From positions 1 through 36,255 of the IMG/VR virus record IMGVR_UViG_3300021476_000013: DNA of 36,255 nucleotides; one strand, written 5' to 3'. The notes below the pieces were generated by a model. It did not search any database. It had not been told where the DNA came from and saw only the letters and a program-made list of their open reading frames with translations. A program made the position numbers and the translations under genes. This document shows, piece by piece, positions 35,170-36,255 of this stretch (positions within the stretch are counted from its first letter, which is position 1; each line of letters begins with the position of its first letter). Origin of the DNA: a virus. Its lineage: Duplodnaviria; Caudoviricetes.

Positions 35170-35517
35170 TTAATTCCCCTTATCTTCTTTATTTGATTCA
35201 GCAGCTTTATCCATCCAGTATTTCTTCCGATCGGCGGATTCAAGATTTTGTTTTTGTCTTGGCCAAGAAGAATAACTTCCTCCAATAAAGGTAGTTTCTC
35301 CTTGGGGGATATTTTCATCATGGATCAGACCATGCTCCTTGAATATTAAATTCCTAATTTCTTTATTATCTGCCATTGCATCGGAATAAAGAGTTTCAAG
35401 TAATTGAAGATGAGCATTGGATCTTTCTGAAAGCCTCCCAAATTCTTCGATTAAGTCTTGAGTTTCTTTCTCAGTATATCCTCCAAGAACTTTTATTAGA
35501 CGATCAATTATAATCAT
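35170..35517 (-). CDS. hypothetical coiled-coil protein
   Basis: Start moved to ATG 35517, just after the terminase stop. Confidence 0.6.
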   Translation of the reverse strand: MIIIDRLIKVLGGYTEKETQDLIEEFGRLSERSNAHLQLLETLYSDAMADNKEIRNLIFKEHGLIHDENIPQGETTFIGGSYSSWPRQKQNLESADRKKYWMDKAAESNKEDKGN

Positions 35518-35525
35518 GCGGGCAC

Positions 35526-36255
35526 TCAAGCATTCACAGCGCGCGCCCACACACCCATCATTCCACCGCGGTGAAATCTTTTTATTGGACGTGAATCTTC
35601 AGCTCTTTGTTCCAAAAATTCCATTCTTTGGTAGTAAGAGAATTGATCCCCCGTTCTCTTTAAATCTGCTACAATATTTGAAATTTTTTCGTATTTACTA
35701 CTATCATAGGATCTTACGTATGTATCCACTGCTTCTATAATGTAGCGGAGATCATCATAGTAATCATCCCCAATGAATTCTTTCACATCCTCAGAAGGTT
35801 TCCCCGTTAGTTTATTTTTATTATCATAAATACAAAGAGGAATTGTATTTATCAAACCCTCACATGATTTAAAGATCTGAAGCTTGGGGAGGTTGTTTTC
35901 CGGATCTCGACTTTCGAAGGATTGCAAGTATTCATTATACTTTTCCATCCCATATAAGCGAAGAATTCTGTTAGCTAAATTATTGTCGTATTCTTGTGTG
36001 ATAATACGAGAATCCGGTCTCTGACGCCATCGGAGATATTCTTGGATAAGCAATTTTCCATGAATCCTCTGATTTTCCGCGGGTCGCGCGCGTAACCCCG
36101 AATACTTATGAAATTTTTCGGCGATTAGATCATCCTCTCCGCGATTCTGCCAAGCGCTTCTACACATTACAACATCGACAAATTCTTCATTATAACTCAA
36201 TCGACCAATGTCAGTAGCCCATTCTGAGATCCGTTTCTCTTGCACTGCATATTCT
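35526..36255 (-). CDS. terL: terminase large subunit, C-terminal nuclease domain (5' truncated)
   Basis: PKLQIFKSC..LI.TIP...YD...EDV...GDD.YD.LRY RNase H-like terminase motif; upstream of the portal. Confidence 0.85.
   Translation of the reverse strand, partial: EYAVQEKRISEWATDIGRLSYNEEFVDVVMCRSAWQNRGEDDLIAEKFHKYSGLRARPAENQRIHGKLLIQEYLRWRQRPDSRIITQEYDNNLANRILRLYGMEKYNEYLQSFESRDPENNLPKLQIFKSCEGLINTIPLCIYDNKNKLTGKPSEDVKEFIGDDYYDDLRYIIEAVDTYVRSYDSSKYEKISNIVADLKRTGDQFSYYQRMEFLEQRAEDSRPIKRFHRGGMMGVWARAVNA

Overview
The window holds most of a tailed dsDNA phage genome with P22/podovirus-like head-tail organisation, AT-rich at roughly 35-40% GC by eye. It is arranged in two convergent arms. The + arm (1-14.2 kb) starts at a strong sigma70-type promoter. 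It carries small early genes, a recombination module (SNF2/HARP-like helicase, Cas4-like PD-(D/E)XK nuclease, Sak4-like ATPase, SSB-like protein), a ParB-HTH-methyltransferase fusion, a uracil-DNA-glycosylase/family A polymerase fusion, a DUF3987-like ATPase, a candidate muramidase and a degenerate MazG fusion. The - arm (36.2-14.2 kb) carries the truncated large terminase, portal, scaffold, major capsid, two paralogous adaptors, tail and fibre proteins, a GNAT-like protein and three ejection proteins. No integrase, primase, tRNA or CRISPR array is evident. The most unusual signals are: (1) a strong genome-wide excess of alternating CG runs (22 runs of 6-9 bp), mostly placed in Arg-Ala codons; (2) three fibre/Fn3-type genes in the virion module with signal-peptide-like N-termini and paired cysteines, one broken by an A7 slip; (3) a divergent PurD-like ATP-grasp ligase between portal and scaffold; (4) a UDG-PolA with a His762/Leu766 motif B. 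All product calls come from motif recognition by eye; no database searches were run.
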